Positions 63,033 through 64,000 of a DNA stretch of 64,000 nucleotides are shown piece by piece. The notes under the pieces were generated by a model. It did no database searches. It saw nothing but the letters and a program-made list of their open reading frames with translations, and was not told the DNA's origin. Both the position numbers and the translations under genes were made by a program. The DNA comes from a virus. Lineage: Duplodnaviria; Caudoviricetes. Location of the stretch: IMG/VR virus record IMGVR_UViG_3300049142_000128, positions 1-64,000 of that record; one strand, given 5' to 3'. Each line of letters begins with the position of its first letter. Position 1 is the first letter of the stretch.

Positions 63033-63392
63033 ATGCTCGCGATCATCGCCCGGAGCGGGCCGCCCGAGGCCCAGAACTGCGCCGCAATCCTCTGCGACCA
63101 GTGTCTCGAACCGATCGCTGGCCTTCAGGGCGGCGACGGCAAGGGCGGCATGGTCATCTTCCGTACGGGGACCGATGGCCGACAGGAGCTCGCCACGCTG
63201 CACAAGGGCCGGTGCGACCGCACGTACGAGGCCGCCCACCCAGGCCCGCGCTGGAGCTGGCAGGAGATGCAGGAGTTCATGCGATTCCTCGCCATGAACA
63301 CCGCCGAGCCCTTCCCGCTTGAGGACAACGTCGAGTATGTCGCCCCGGCGCCTTCCCGCTGGCGCCTCGGCGAATACCGACGCCGCTCGTAG
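63033..63392 (+). CDS. Hypothetical protein with CxxC
   Basis: LCDQC...LHKGRCD; 119 aa. Confidence 0.55.
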   Translation: MLAIIARSGPPEAQNCAAILCDQCLEPIAGLQGGDGKGGMVIFRTGTDGRQELATLHKGRCDRTYEAAHPGPRWSWQEMQEFMRFLAMNTAEPFPLEDNVEYVAPAPSRWRLGEYRRRS

Positions 63393-63513
63393 CGTCACCA
63401 CCACCGGGCGGGCCAGAACCAGACGATCACCCACAGCACGACGGCGACGACGAGCCCGATCACTAACGCGGCCGCCCACCAGCGCGGCATCGCTACGGCG
63501 CTCCGCCGATGCG

Positions 63514-63553
63514 GAACGACCCGGCCGCCGAGGGGATCGCGGCCGGGTCGTTC
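63514..63553. terminator. 15-bp stem hairpin between convergent genes
   Basis: GAACGACCCGGCCGC-N10-GCGGCCGGGTCGTTC. Confidence 0.7.
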
Positions 63554-63603
63554 ACGCCGGGGAGCGTCGATGGCGCGCTGCGCGCCGACTAGGTAGACGC
63601 GAG

Positions 63604-63897
63604 TCAGGCGTCCGCGCCGTACGCGGCGTCGCGGGCCTTCCGCAGGGTCCGGATCAGCCGGTTGATCCCCTCGCGGTCGAGGTCGAGCCAGAGGCTGTCG
63701 GTCTCGCCGCCGGTGTCGCCCTGGTCGATGCGGATCTTCGCGGCCGGTCCGGCCGTGACTCCGACCTGGACACCGCGGTCCGAGGACCAGCCGACGGCGA
63801 GGTGCTCGACCGGGTAGTTCTGCAGCACCGTCGAGCTGGCGTCGTCGTCGAGCCGCACGCGGAGCGCCTCGGGGCTGTAGATGAGTTCCTTGGGCAT
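63604..63897 (-). CDS. Hypothetical actinophage protein
   Basis: LWLDLDREGINRLIRTLRKARDAAYG motif. Confidence 0.6.
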   Translation of the reverse strand: MPKELIYSPEALRVRLDDDASSTVLQNYPVEHLAVGWSSDRGVQVGVTAGPAAKIRIDQGDTGGETDSLWLDLDREGINRLIRTLRKARDAAYGADA

Positions 63898-64000
63898 CAC
63901 GCCCACCTCCATCACGGAGTCCAGCCGCCCCCTCGCGGGGCGGGACCGGGTCACGGTCGTGCGGCGCGTCCTGTGCGTCGGGTGAGTCGCGAGTCCTCTG

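Larger units (their letters stand above)
1..64000. mobile_element. Temperate siphovirus-like actinophage genome segment with internal attP; both ends continue beyond the window
   Basis: Collinear capsid-tail-lysis-accessory-attP-integrase-repressor-cro-xis-recombination order; no host housekeeping genes recognised. Confidence 0.9.

Noticed and set aside
58510-64000. Terminase, portal or head protease genes
   Set aside because: No matching motifs were found; they presumably lie beyond the window.

Overview
The whole window reads as one temperate tailed phage (siphovirus-type) of a very high-GC actinomycete. A Pseudonocardia-like filamentous host is an inference from composition and gene families. 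Read on the minus strand, the order is: glycosyltransferase/methyltransferase cluster, two capsid proteins, head-tail and tail genes, tape measure, tail fibres/depolymerases, class F sortase with its substrate, CHAP endolysin and holin (58.5 to 32.7 kb). An ~18 kb accessory region follows (32.6 to 14.3 kb), then an att core equal to the 3' 45 nt of tRNA-Lys(UUU), a tyrosine integrase, ImmA protease, two repressors, and the divergent cro/xis/helicase/RecE-SSAP/SSB early arm. The att core has the same arm-type repeats on both sides, so it looks like an intact attP (excised or free phage, or a tandem junction) rather than attL/attR. The most striking content is in the accessory region. It holds a Streptomyces-type conjugation module (HTH regulator, small membrane protein, TraA-like, TraB/FtsK translocase, SpdB2-like protein and a clt-like array of 8-bp repeats), which suggests a phage that may also spread by mycelial conjugation. 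It also holds a graspetide RiPP cluster with an isoaspartate methyltransferase, an Xre-TPR regulator plus phosphotransferase, a TGT/DpdA-like base-exchange enzyme, a HicAB-like pair, three copies of a palindromic promoter/operator cassette, and an ATP-dependent DNA ligase. Terminase and portal are not recognisable in the window. All functional calls come from motif recognition by eye; no database searches were run.
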